A DNA stretch of 62,135 nt from positions 1-62,135 of the forward strand of contig JBEGQI010000116.1 of NCBI GenBank assembly GCA_041181065.1. The letters are read 5' to 3'. Within the stretch, counting starts at the first letter, position 1. Every line of letters begins with the position of its first letter. Position numbers and translations under genes: made by a program. This document shows positions 50,165 to 59,451 of this stretch, one piece after another. The stretch is from Verrucomicrobiota bacterium (GTDB taxonomy: Bacteria > Verrucomicrobiota > Verrucomicrobiia > Limisphaerales > DSYF01). The notes beneath the pieces are model-generated. The model had not been told where the DNA came from. It did not search any database and saw nothing but the letters and a program-made list of their open reading frames with translations.

Positions 50165-52222
50165 CTATTTCGCCCGGATGTAATCGTAAATGTTCAGGTA
50201 ATGCTGGCCCGGATGGTTCCACGAATAATCCGAGCGCATCGCGTTCAACATCAGATGCCGGAAATGATCCGGATACTGGTAATAGCAGGCGATGGCGCGG
50301 TTCAAGCCGGACTCCATGCCCACGTTGTCTGCGTGCTCAAACACGTAGCCGTTGCGCTCGTGTAACGGCCGGCTCGAATGATCTTTGTCGAACACCGTGT
50401 CCACGAGCCCGCCGACCGCGCGCACGATCGGCACCGTGCCGTAGCGCATCGCGATGAGCTGCGTCAGGCCGCACGGCTCATATTTGCTCGGGACGATTAT
50501 CATGTCTGCGCCCGCGTAGATGAGCCGCGCCAGTTCTTCGTTGTAACCGATCTCGAGATGGCAATCCGGGCTGTCGTTCAAGTGATGCTTCAAGCCGAGG
50601 AAATGGTCGTTGATGCCTTTCTCCGGACTGTTGCCGAGCAGCACGAATTGCGCGCGGTTGTTCAACGAGTGGAAGATCGCGTGGCGGACGAGCTCCAATC
50701 CCTTCTGCTGGTCGAGCCGCCCGATGAACGCGACGATGGGCTTTTCGTTGTCCGCGAGCCAGAAGCGGCCCCGCAACGCGCGTTTATTGACGTATTTCTT
50801 CTCGATGCTGTCCGCGTTGTAATGGGCCGGGATGTGTGGGTCCGTCTCCGGATTGAACTGCTCGAAGTCGAGCCCGTTCAACACGCCGCCATATTTGCAC
50901 TGATGGATGTGCAACGTCGGTTCGAGACCGAAGCCCTGCCCGCCGTCCTTCGCCTCCCACGCATGTCGCGGCGAAACCGTCGTGACGAAGTTCGAGTAAA
51001 CGATGCCGCCCTTCATCAAATTGATCGCATGATGGTTGTTATTGTCGCGCAGGCGGTCGTAATGGAAGAAGTATTCCGGCCGGTTCAACCCCGTGGCGCG
51101 CAGGATGTGTTCGCCCGTCGTGCCTTGATGGCGGAAGTTGTGGATCGTGAAACACGCGCGCGAGTGGCGCATGCCGAGGTGTTGATACATCTCGTAAAGC
51201 AGCACCGGCACCAGCGCCGTCTGCCAGTCGTGACAATGGATGACATCCGGGTGTTTACCCGTCTTCAGCATGAACTCCAGCGCCGCGCGACAGAAGAACG
51301 CGAAGCGCAGCACGTCGTCGTTCTGGCCGTAGTAAACGCCGCGATTGAAAAAATTGTCCGCCGAGTGTGGGTCGATGAAGAAACATTTCCGCCCGTGCAC
51401 GAACCCGAACCACACGCTCGTGTTGATCACGCCGCCATACCACGGCACCTGAAGATTCTCATACGTCTTCGTCAGACCCCAGATGTGGTCATAACGCATG
51501 TTGTTGTATTTCGGGAGGATGATCTCCACGGCGTTGCCGCGCATCTCGAGTTCGCGGGCGAGGCCATAGACCACGTCGCCCAAGCCGCCGACTTTCGCGA
51601 CGGGCGCAAGTTCGGGCGAGATCATCATCACGAACATGGGAGCCACCGAGGGCCGCGGCGGGGCGGGCGCTTCAGCCACGGGGGCCGCATCCTTCGCCTT
51701 TTCGTCCGGCAACTTCAACTCCGGAACTTCCTTGATGACCTTCTCCTCCGAAACGGGCTCTGCCTTGGGTGGCGGCGGCACAACAGGCGCGGGTGCTTTC
51801 GGCGGAACGGGCTTGGCCTCGGGCGCAATTTTCGCTGGGACCGGAGCGACAACGGGTTTCGGCTCGGGCTTCACTTCAACTTTCGCCGGAGTGACGGCCG
51901 CAGCGACCGGCTTTGGCGGCACGGGCACAACCGGTTTCGCCTCAACCTTCACTTCCGCCTTCGGCGCAGCCACAGCAGGCGCGGACGTCGTGGGCTGGGC
52001 CGGTTCCTTGGGGTGAATCACGGCTTCCAACAGGTCGCCCAGACTGTTCAAGCCCGCAACCGGAGCCGCAGGTGCCACAGGTGCTGGCGGAACGGGCGTC
52101 GGTGCTGGAGCTGACGCGGCGGGTTCCGCAGGCTTGATGGCCTCGGGTTTTGCCGGAGCAGAAATAGTTGGGGCGGGTTGCGCCGGTTGAGCCGGCAGCT
52201 TGGGCGAGCGTTTCTTGGCCAT
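50165..52222 (-). CDS. glgA: Glycogen/starch synthase (GT5, GlgA2/SSIII-IV type) with 195-aa Pro/Ala-rich N-terminal extension
   Basis: KVGGLGDV, HCHDWQT, TIHN..HQG, RL..QKG, EPCGLTQLIAMRYG; catalytic domain starts near 51637. Confidence 0.93.
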   Translation of the reverse strand: MAKKRSPKLPAQPAQPAPTISAPAKPEAIKPAEPAASAPAPTPVPPAPVAPAAPVAGLNSLGDLLEAVIHPKEPAQPTTSAPAVAAPKAEVKVEAKPVVPVPPKPVAAAVTPAKVEVKPEPKPVVAPVPAKIAPEAKPVPPKAPAPVVPPPPKAEPVSEEKVIKEVPELKLPDEKAKDAAPVAEAPAPPRPSVAPMFVMMISPELAPVAKVGGLGDVVYGLARELEMRGNAVEIILPKYNNMRYDHIWGLTKTYENLQVPWYGGVINTSVWFGFVHGRKCFFIDPHSADNFFNRGVYYGQNDDVLRFAFFCRAALEFMLKTGKHPDVIHCHDWQTALVPVLLYEMYQHLGMRHSRACFTIHNFRHQGTTGEHILRATGLNRPEYFFHYDRLRDNNNHHAINLMKGGIVYSNFVTTVSPRHAWEAKDGGQGFGLEPTLHIHQCKYGGVLNGLDFEQFNPETDPHIPAHYNADSIEKKYVNKRALRGRFWLADNEKPIVAFIGRLDQQKGLELVRHAIFHSLNNRAQFVLLGNSPEKGINDHFLGLKHHLNDSPDCHLEIGYNEELARLIYAGADMIIVPSKYEPCGLTQLIAMRYGTVPIVRAVGGLVDTVFDKDHSSRPLHERNGYVFEHADNVGMESGLNRAIACYYQYPDHFRHLMLNAMRSDYSWNHPGQHYLNIYDYIRAK

Positions 52223-52410
52223 ATCGCTGGCGCGCGCGAAGGTTCGTCGCTTACGCCGTTCGAATGCTAATCCGCGCCGCACTCCGGCCCAAACAAAAAC
52301 TGCGCGCGCATCAAAAATCTTTCGCGTCCGCCGCGACACGATGAACAAATCGACGCGCCGCGAGGGAGAAATGGATTGCGCCGCCCGTCGCTGCCACTTA
52401 CCAATCGTTC

Positions 52411-55400
52411 GTGCTGGATACGCTCACGAAAAATCCGCCTGCGCCGACGGTCTCCGTCGAGAAGCGCAGCGTCGGCTCTGATGTCGAAGTTGTCGTTCGC
52501 CTCACGGGTGCGGGCAACGTCATCCTGCATTGGGGCGTCGCCGCGCGGAAGCCCGGTCAGTGGCAGGCGCCGCCGGAATCGGCTTGGCCCGCCGGCACCA
52601 AACTCTTCAACAAGCAAGCGGTGCAAACGCCGTTCCCTGCTGGCGCTGGCGAACGCACCCTCACGCTTCGCTTCAACGAAGCCGAGGCGCCGCGCTTCTT
52701 GGTTTACGTTCTGTTCCACGCCGACACGAACCGCTGGGACAACAACGGCGGCAAAGATTTTTGGGTTCAACTCGTTGAACGCTCCGCCAGCGCGCTGCCG
52801 CTTTCCGCGATGCAGGAACGCATCGTGGACGGCGAGATGGGGCCGCACGGCTGGACGTTGATGCACCGGTTCAACCTGTGTCACGAGTTGATCGACGAAG
52901 CCCGCGATGCGCGTGAGGCGTGGGCGACGTTGTTCGTCTGGCTGCGTTACTCGGCCATCCGCCAGCTCGACTGGCAGCGCAATTACAACACCAAGCCGCG
53001 CGAGCTTTCCCATGCTCAGGACCGCCTCACGGCGCGGCTTGCCACGGCGTTCATCCAGCAGCCCGCCAATCGCGATCTCATTCGCGCGATGCTTGCGGGC
53101 CTCGGGCGCGGCGGTGACGGCCAGCGCATCCGCGACGAAATCCTGCAGATCATGCATCGCCACCACATCAAGGAGGTCGGTGGCACGTGGATGGAGCAAT
53201 GGCATCAGAAGCTGCACAACAACACGACGCCTGACGACGTCGTCATCTGCGAGGCGTATCTGGCGTTCCTGCACGCGAACGGCGACCGAAGTCGATATCA
53301 CGAGACGTTGCTCGCGGGCGGCGTCACCAAGGAACGGCTCGCCAGCTTCGAACGTCCCATCAACACCGAACCCGAGTGGCATCCGCACCTGAAGGAAGGT
53401 TTGCTGCATGACTTCGGCAATTACCTTGTGGTGCTCAAGTCCGTTCACTCCGGCACGGATTTGTTCACGGCCATCAATGCCGGCGGCCACCTGCTCGACA
53501 GCGGTGCGCGCGACACGCTCGGCCGGCTGCTGCACAATTTCCAGAACCCGCACGTCAGCGTGACCGATCTCGTCAGCGGCATCACAAACGTCCGCAAGTC
53601 GCTGCATGCACGGCTGAATCACGAAGGCAACGCGGGCCTTGTGAAGGAATTGCTCTATCTTGATCTGGCGCTGGAACAGGCGTTGCGCACGGTCATCGAA
53701 CGCGCGATCCACTCCGGTTTCAGCGGCGAGCAATTGTTGGAACTCATCGCGCGCGCGGGGGGAGAAAATCTCCAGCTCGTCGTCCGTTGCGAGGAGTTGA
53801 ACCAATGCCAGCGCGAATGGCAGCGGCTCCCGGCGGAGCAGCGCTTCAGCCCCGATTGGGCGTTGCACGCGAAGGCAGCGCTTGATCGGTTGCGCCGCGC
53901 GGTCGAGGGCCAGATTGATTCCGCCTATCAACTGCTGCAGCCGAAGGCCGAGGCGCTCGGCAAGGCGTTCAACGCCGACGAATGGGTGGTGAAGCTGTTC
54001 TCTGAGGAAGTCGTGCGCGGCCAATCGGTGTTCCTGCTCTCGATGCTCATCCATCATTTCGACCCCGTGCTGCGCAAACAGGCGAAGCTCGGCGATTGGC
54101 AGGTCATCAGCCCGAGCAGCGCGGTGGGCGAGGTGCTGTTCGTCGAATCGTTCCGCACGGTTCAGGGCCAGCGTTTCGAGCGGCCCACGATCATCGTGGC
54201 GGAAAAAGTGTTCGGCGACGAAGAGCCGCCCGAGGGCGTGCGGGCTGTAATCACGCCGAGTTCCGTGGATCTCGTGTCGCATGTCGCCGTGCGGGCGCGC
54301 AATGCGAACCTGCTTTTCGCAACGTGCTACGACCGCACCACGTTCGACAAATTGAAGGCAACCCAAGGCAGCACGATCGAACTCAAAGTCAGCGCGACGG
54401 GCGATGTGTTATTCGGCGAAGCGAAAGCGAAGATCGGCAAAACAGCGGCGCGCGCCGCGCCGCCTTCCACGGCCAAAGTCGCTGCGGCCAAACCTTCGCT
54501 CGATGTGCTCACGATGGCGGAGTTCGCAAAAGGGCGCGTCGGTGGAAAGTCGTGGCACTTGAAGGAACTCAGCGCGAAGCTGCCGGACTGGTTGCACACG
54601 CCGCGCTCGGTGGCGTTGCCGTTCGGCGTGTTCGACGCTGTGCTGGCGGAAAAGGCAAACGCAGCCATGGCCAAGCGTTATCGCAGCTTGGTGGATGGAT
54701 TGTCCGACAAGCCCGAGGCGAAGCTGGCGGAGATCCGCGCAAGCTTGCTGGAGCTGGAAATCCCGGCGGCGTTGCAGACGAAGATTCAGGCCGCGATGAA
54801 ACAGGCAGGCCTGCCTGCAGCGAAGGATTGGTCCGTCGCCGCCCAGCGCATCAAACAAGTCTGGGCCTCGAAATGGAACGACCGTGCCTTCTTCAGCCGC
54901 CAAGCGCGCAGCTTCCCGCACGACGCCGTCCAGATGGCGGTGTTGATCCAGGAAGTCGTCGAAGCCGAGTTCGCTTTCGTCATCCACACGGTGAATCCAT
55001 TCAACGGCAATCGAAACGAAGTTTACGCCGAGGTCGTGCTGGGCTTGGGCGAGACGCTCGTGGGCAATTATCCCGGGCGCGCACTAAGTTTTGTCTGCCC
55101 GAAAAAGGGCGGGGCGCCGACGGTGCTCGCGTATCCGAGCAAGAGCGTCGGCCTGTTCGGCGGTGGATTGATTTTCCGCTCCGACTCGAACGCGGAAGAC
55201 CTCGAAGGCTACGCGGGCGCGGGCCTTTACGACAGCGTGCTGGCGGAGGAGCCGCGTGAGTTGACGCTCGATTACACGCATCAAACGCTCGTCTGGGACG
55301 GGGCGAAGCGTGCGGACTTGCTCTCGAAAGTTGCGCGCATCGGCGAAGCAGTGGAAGATGCGTTCGGCGCGCCGCAGGACATCGAGGGCGCGTTCGTGAA

Positions 55401-55449
55401 CGGGAAATTTTTCGTGGTCCAGACGCGGCCACAGGTGGGACTGACATGA
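52411..55449 (+). CDS. Alpha-glucan, water dikinase (plant GWD/R1 homologue) with N-terminal CBM45-like module
   Basis: LHWGV...W..PP...W.NN.G.DF; RQLDWQRNYNTKPRELSHAQDRLT; GQRIRDEIL; WHQKLHNNTTPDDVVIC; phospho-His LVSHVAVRARN; EDLEGYAGAGLYDS; QDIEG; VQTRPQ. Confidence 0.9.
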   Translation: MLDTLTKNPPAPTVSVEKRSVGSDVEVVVRLTGAGNVILHWGVAARKPGQWQAPPESAWPAGTKLFNKQAVQTPFPAGAGERTLTLRFNEAEAPRFLVYVLFHADTNRWDNNGGKDFWVQLVERSASALPLSAMQERIVDGEMGPHGWTLMHRFNLCHELIDEARDAREAWATLFVWLRYSAIRQLDWQRNYNTKPRELSHAQDRLTARLATAFIQQPANRDLIRAMLAGLGRGGDGQRIRDEILQIMHRHHIKEVGGTWMEQWHQKLHNNTTPDDVVICEAYLAFLHANGDRSRYHETLLAGGVTKERLASFERPINTEPEWHPHLKEGLLHDFGNYLVVLKSVHSGTDLFTAINAGGHLLDSGARDTLGRLLHNFQNPHVSVTDLVSGITNVRKSLHARLNHEGNAGLVKELLYLDLALEQALRTVIERAIHSGFSGEQLLELIARAGGENLQLVVRCEELNQCQREWQRLPAEQRFSPDWALHAKAALDRLRRAVEGQIDSAYQLLQPKAEALGKAFNADEWVVKLFSEEVVRGQSVFLLSMLIHHFDPVLRKQAKLGDWQVISPSSAVGEVLFVESFRTVQGQRFERPTIIVAEKVFGDEEPPEGVRAVITPSSVDLVSHVAVRARNANLLFATCYDRTTFDKLKATQGSTIELKVSATGDVLFGEAKAKIGKTAARAAPPSTAKVAAAKPSLDVLTMAEFAKGRVGGKSWHLKELSAKLPDWLHTPRSVALPFGVFDAVLAEKANAAMAKRYRSLVDGLSDKPEAKLAEIRASLLELEIPAALQTKIQAAMKQAGLPAAKDWSVAAQRIKQVWASKWNDRAFFSRQARSFPHDAVQMAVLIQEVVEAEFAFVIHTVNPFNGNRNEVYAEVVLGLGETLVGNYPGRALSFVCPKKGGAPTVLAYPSKSVGLFGGGLIFRSDSNAEDLEGYAGAGLYDSVLAEEPRELTLDYTHQTLVWDGAKRADLLSKVARIGEAVEDAFGAPQDIEGAFVNGKFFVVQTRPQVGLT

Positions 55450-56282
55450 GCAACATCCGCATCGGCAATCAAACGGCTTACTCCGCACGCTCCGTGCTGG
55501 AGCCGTTCGAGTTTGCCGTCGCGCAGGGCTTCACGGCGTTCGAGTTCTTCCCCGACCGCGGTTATCTCGGCGTGGGCGGCTGGGCTGAGACGGACTTGGA
55601 TGCGCAAGCACGACGGCAGATCCGCGACCTCGCGCACGACAACGACATCGTGCTCACGATGCACGCGCCGCTGCCTTTTAATCCGCTGAAGCATCCTGAG
55701 GACGGCCGGCTCTACAGCTCGGTCGAATTCGCTCACGACATCGGCGCGGTGCTGTTGAACCTGCACCTCGACATCGGCGAAGGCCCGGCGCGTTTTGTGG
55801 AGGCGCTCGAACCGACGCTGCGGCTCACCGCGCAATCCTGCCTCAAGCTCGCCATCGAGAACACCGTCTGGACCGGCCCCGAGGATTTCAATGCCGTGTT
55901 CCGGCACTTGCGCGAACGGACCGATCTCCCGACGAAGCACGTCGGCATGTGCTTCGATCTCGGGCACGCAAATCTTTACGGCGCGACGCAGAACAATTAC
56001 TGGCGTTACCTCGACACGCTGTCCGCCGACGTGCGCGTGAATCACCTGCATCTGCACGAGAACTCCGGCGACCGCGACAGCCACCTGCCTTTGTTCACCG
56101 GCCCGGCGCGCAACAACGCCACCGGCATCGCGGGCATGTTGAATCGCGTGCGCCGCCGCGGGTTCGACGGTTGCATCATCCTCGAGCAATGGCCGTCGCC
56201 CGCCACGTTGCTGGTGAACGCTCGCGACGGATTGGTGAATTTGCTGCACGTCGCGCCCGCCGTGGAACCACTTCCCGCATGA
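55446..56282 (+). CDS. Xylose-isomerase-like / AP-endonuclease-2 TIM-barrel metalloprotein
   Basis: AIEN, FDLGHA, HLHEN, DSHLP, ILE metal-ligand pattern; ATGA overlaps with both neighbours. Confidence 0.85.
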   Translation: MSNIRIGNQTAYSARSVLEPFEFAVAQGFTAFEFFPDRGYLGVGGWAETDLDAQARRQIRDLAHDNDIVLTMHAPLPFNPLKHPEDGRLYSSVEFAHDIGAVLLNLHLDIGEGPARFVEALEPTLRLTAQSCLKLAIENTVWTGPEDFNAVFRHLRERTDLPTKHVGMCFDLGHANLYGATQNNYWRYLDTLSADVRVNHLHLHENSGDRDSHLPLFTGPARNNATGIAGMLNRVRRRGFDGCIILEQWPSPATLLVNARDGLVNLLHVAPAVEPLPA

Positions 56283-57553
56283 TCATCTACAATCTGTTCC
56301 CGCTGTTGACCGGCAAAGTCCGGGAGTGGACGCCGCACCTGCAACGCGCTGCCGATCTCGGCTTCGACTGGGTGTTCATCAATCCGATCCACTATCCCGG
56401 CTATTCGGGCAGCCTGTATTCTGTGAAGGATTACTTCAGCATGAACCCGCTGTTCGTGGACGGCACCACGCCGCGCACGCAGGCGGCGGAGTTCAAGCGG
56501 ATGACGAAAGAGGCGAAGAAGCTAGGCCTCAAACTCATGGTGGACCTCGTCGTCAGCCATTGCGCGTTCGACTCGGAGCTGATCGCAGAGCATCCAAAAT
56601 GGTTCAAGCACGAGAACGGCAAGATCGCGCATCCGTGGTGCATGGAGGGACAGAAGAAAGTCGTCTGGAAGGACCTCGCGCAATTCGACCACAAGCACAC
56701 GCCGGACAAGGAAGGGCTTTACCAATATCTCTTCAAGGTCGTGACCCATCTCATCGGGCTCGGCATCGAGGGTTTTCGCTGCGACGCGGCGTATCAGGTG
56801 CCCGAGGCGTTCTGGAAGCGGCTCATCGCCGAGACGAAGCGCATGCATCCCAAGGTGGTTTTCCTCGCCGAGACGCTCGGTTGCTCGCCAATGGAGACCG
56901 CGCAGACGGCGAAGTCCGGCTTCGAATACATCTTCAACAGCGCGAAATGGTGGGACTTCGGCAGCCCGTGGTTGCTGGAGCAATACAACCTCACGCGCAA
57001 CGTAGCGAAGTCGGTGAGCTTTCCCGAAAGTCACGACACGCCGCGGCTCATGGAGGAATTCGGCGGCGACGTGGAAGCCGTGAAGCGGCAATATCTGTTC
57101 AACGCGCTGTTCTCCGCCGGCGTGATGATGCCCATCGGCTTCGAGTTCGGGTTCCGCAAACAGACGCACGTCGTCAACTCGCGCCCAACCGACTGGGAGC
57201 AGACCGGCATCGACCTGACCGGCTTCATCAAGAGCGTCAACCGCATCAAGCGCGAGAACCCCGTCTTTTTGGAAGATGCGCCCACCGAGGTGCTTTACTC
57301 CGACAACCCGAACCTACTCTATCTCTGGAAAGGTTCGCTCGGCGCGAAGCAGGAGGCGTTGATCATCCTCAACAAGGATCGTTGGAACAAACAACACTTC
57401 CGCACGCACAACCTTTACACGGCGATCCAAAGCGAAGGCCCGTTGTTCGACGTGTCGCCGGAATTCCCGCTCGAATATCTGCCGACGCCCTACGAATACG
57501 GGCTGCGGCCCAGCCAGGTCATCGTCTTGGTGACGAAGCCGGGGAGCGGCTGA
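56279..57553 (+). CDS. GH13 alpha-amylase family glucan hydrolase/transferase
   Basis: DLVVSH, GFRCDAAY (nucleophile), FLAET (acid/base), ESHDT; start MIIYNLFP. Confidence 0.9.
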   Translation: MIIYNLFPLLTGKVREWTPHLQRAADLGFDWVFINPIHYPGYSGSLYSVKDYFSMNPLFVDGTTPRTQAAEFKRMTKEAKKLGLKLMVDLVVSHCAFDSELIAEHPKWFKHENGKIAHPWCMEGQKKVVWKDLAQFDHKHTPDKEGLYQYLFKVVTHLIGLGIEGFRCDAAYQVPEAFWKRLIAETKRMHPKVVFLAETLGCSPMETAQTAKSGFEYIFNSAKWWDFGSPWLLEQYNLTRNVAKSVSFPESHDTPRLMEEFGGDVEAVKRQYLFNALFSAGVMMPIGFEFGFRKQTHVVNSRPTDWEQTGIDLTGFIKSVNRIKRENPVFLEDAPTEVLYSDNPNLLYLWKGSLGAKQEALIILNKDRWNKQHFRTHNLYTAIQSEGPLFDVSPEFPLEYLPTPYEYGLRPSQVIVLVTKPGSG

Positions 57554-57596
57554 AGCTTCCGGGAACATGTTTCCGGCTGGCGCCTCTTAAGGGAGC

Positions 57597-58259
57597 ATGT
57601 TTGTTGGATCGTCTAACGCAAATAGGCGGCGGGTGATTCCGGTCATCTTGGCGTGCCTTGCGTGCTTGAAGGCGTCCGCCGTCAATGTGACGAACCAAGT
57701 CAGCGCCAGCGGCACGACCGCCTTCATCATCAACGGGGCGAGCAATCCCACGCTTACGCTGACCCGTGGGGTCACCTACGTGTTTGTGCTAACGGGCTTG
57801 TCCCTGCACCCGTTTTACATCAAGACGAATCTGACCACGACTTCGGGCGGTCAGTGGACCAACGGCGTGGTCAACAACGGCTCCACCAGCGCGAACGTGC
57901 TGTTCACGGTGCCGGTCACACCGCTGCCTCCCGCACTCACGAACACACTCTTTTATCATTGCGGCAACCACCTTGGCATGGGCGGAAAGCTGGCCATCGT
58001 GGATCCAATCGGGCCGTCGCAAGTGAAGATCGTTTACATCGTGGTCAGCAACAACGTCGTCATCCAATCGACGGGAACGAACACTTGGGGAGTGACGCCC
58101 TTTTGCAATTGTGATTTGAAGACCACCAACTGGGTGCCGATCCCGGCTTTCACGAACACCTTCGCTGCCGGAACAAATACAACCACGTTTCCGCGGCCCG
58201 ACCCGATTTGCGGTTCGAACCAACCGGCGTTCTTCCGCATCCGGCAGCAGTTTCCCTGA
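57597..58259 (+). CDS. Secreted protein with cupredoxin-like domain and C-terminal FFRI module
   Basis: Signal peptide, NPTLTL.RG.TY.F, HPF, YHCGNHLGMGG; tail W...FFRI. Confidence 0.65.
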   Translation: MFVGSSNANRRRVIPVILACLACLKASAVNVTNQVSASGTTAFIINGASNPTLTLTRGVTYVFVLTGLSLHPFYIKTNLTTTSGGQWTNGVVNNGSTSANVLFTVPVTPLPPALTNTLFYHCGNHLGMGGKLAIVDPIGPSQVKIVYIVVSNNVVIQSTGTNTWGVTPFCNCDLKTTNWVPIPAFTNTFAAGTNTTTFPRPDPICGSNQPAFFRIRQQFP

Positions 58260-58262
58260 GCA

Positions 58263-59426
58263 TTACTTCGTCGCCACAGTCACATCGACTGGCGACGCCA
58301 GCCCTTGCGCAGATTCTTCGACGTATTTCTTCCACGCCTCAGCGCTGGTGATGTGGCCAGCTTTATCCCACGCGAATCCGGCCCAGTAAGAGAGGGTGTC
58401 GCCCGGCGCGAGTTTGGCAAGAACGAGGTTGTTCAGCTTGTCGTCGGTCTGCTTCACGAATGACTTCGGATCCACGACCACGGCAACGCCCTGTTTGCCG
58501 CCGTTCTTCTCGACGTTCTGCCAGCTCAACAACCAGCCGTTCGCGGGGTTCGCTTCGACTTGTTCGCCGGAAACTTTCTTGAGACCGATGCCAGCGGTCA
58601 GCGTCTGCGTCTGGCCGGGGCGGGTGAATTGCTTGAAGCCGCTCTCGAAGTGGTCGAGTTGCGAGCCGGCGTCGAGCGAGACGCGCTTCACTTCGCTGAC
58701 GCTGATGCCGTTCACGTTGAACGGTTCGTAGACGAGTTCGAACACCACGCGGATGGGGCCGTTCGCGAGCACGCGGGAGTTCACGAAGTTGCGCGAGGTC
58801 CAGAGTTTGTCGTCAGCCCAGAGCCCGATGCCGCCGCAACCGCGGCTCGCGCCGGCGGAGTAATAGTCCGCGCCTTCGCCGTTGTCCTCGTGGTAATGAT
58901 CGGCGAGATACCAGTCGTTGATGACCATGCGCGGCGTGCGCTTGGACCAGATGTCGATGGTGCTGCTGGAGAGCGGTTCACCTTCCCAAGTTTCGAGCGC
59001 CTTGCCGTAGGTGCGATGCGCGATGCGGTCGTTCTCCCACGCGAAGTCATCGAAGCGCTCGCGCACAAAACGGCCGAAGGCCTTGAACTGGTCCTTGCTG
59101 AACTCCTGCTTCTTGCCCGTGGTCAGGGTGAAGGTCTTCGTCTCGTTCGCGGCAAAGTCCGCCTGGAAGATGACGATGTCCGCCTTGTGATACGCGTCGT
59201 AATCGGTGTCCACGGCCTGCGCGATCAACTCCTTGCCGGCGGAATCCTTCACGTGAACGGTTCCGAAATCTTTGGCGCCGAGCGGCTCAAGTTGCTTCGC
59301 AGTCAACTCGATGGTCTGGCACGCGCGGGCGAGCGGCAGTTTGTTGACGGCGGTGACGGTGAGTTGCGCGGAGCTGCCGGCCAGCGGCAGGGCGAGAACG
59401 AACGCGAGGAGTGTCGTGGATTTCAT
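58263..59426 (-). CDS. DUF4861-like secreted protein (often near pectin-degradation genes)
   Basis: Signal peptide, ERFDDFAWEND.IAHR.YG, IDIWSK, YH.D.GEG.D.Y..G.SRG.GG. Confidence 0.75.
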   Translation of the reverse strand: MKSTTLLAFVLALPLAGSSAQLTVTAVNKLPLARACQTIELTAKQLEPLGAKDFGTVHVKDSAGKELIAQAVDTDYDAYHKADIVIFQADFAANETKTFTLTTGKKQEFSKDQFKAFGRFVRERFDDFAWENDRIAHRTYGKALETWEGEPLSSSTIDIWSKRTPRMVINDWYLADHYHEDNGEGADYYSAGASRGCGGIGLWADDKLWTSRNFVNSRVLANGPIRVVFELVYEPFNVNGISVSEVKRVSLDAGSQLDHFESGFKQFTRPGQTQTLTAGIGLKKVSGEQVEANPANGWLLSWQNVEKNGGKQGVAVVVDPKSFVKQTDDKLNNLVLAKLAPGDTLSYWAGFAWDKAGHITSAEAWKKYVEESAQGLASPVDVTVATK

Positions 59427-59451
59427 GGGTGCGATTGTGCGAGTTGGACGC

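Noticed and set aside
52267-54366. Long antisense or alternate-frame ORFs (also 48937-50457, 50378-52114, 28954-30216, 34232-35476, 106-1281)
   Set aside because: Shadows of well-supported genes in high-GC3 DNA, with no recognisable motifs.
52411-55449. PEP synthase / PPDK annotation
   Set aside because: Domain order and GWD-specific core motifs do not fit, and there is no PEP/pyruvate-binding barrel.
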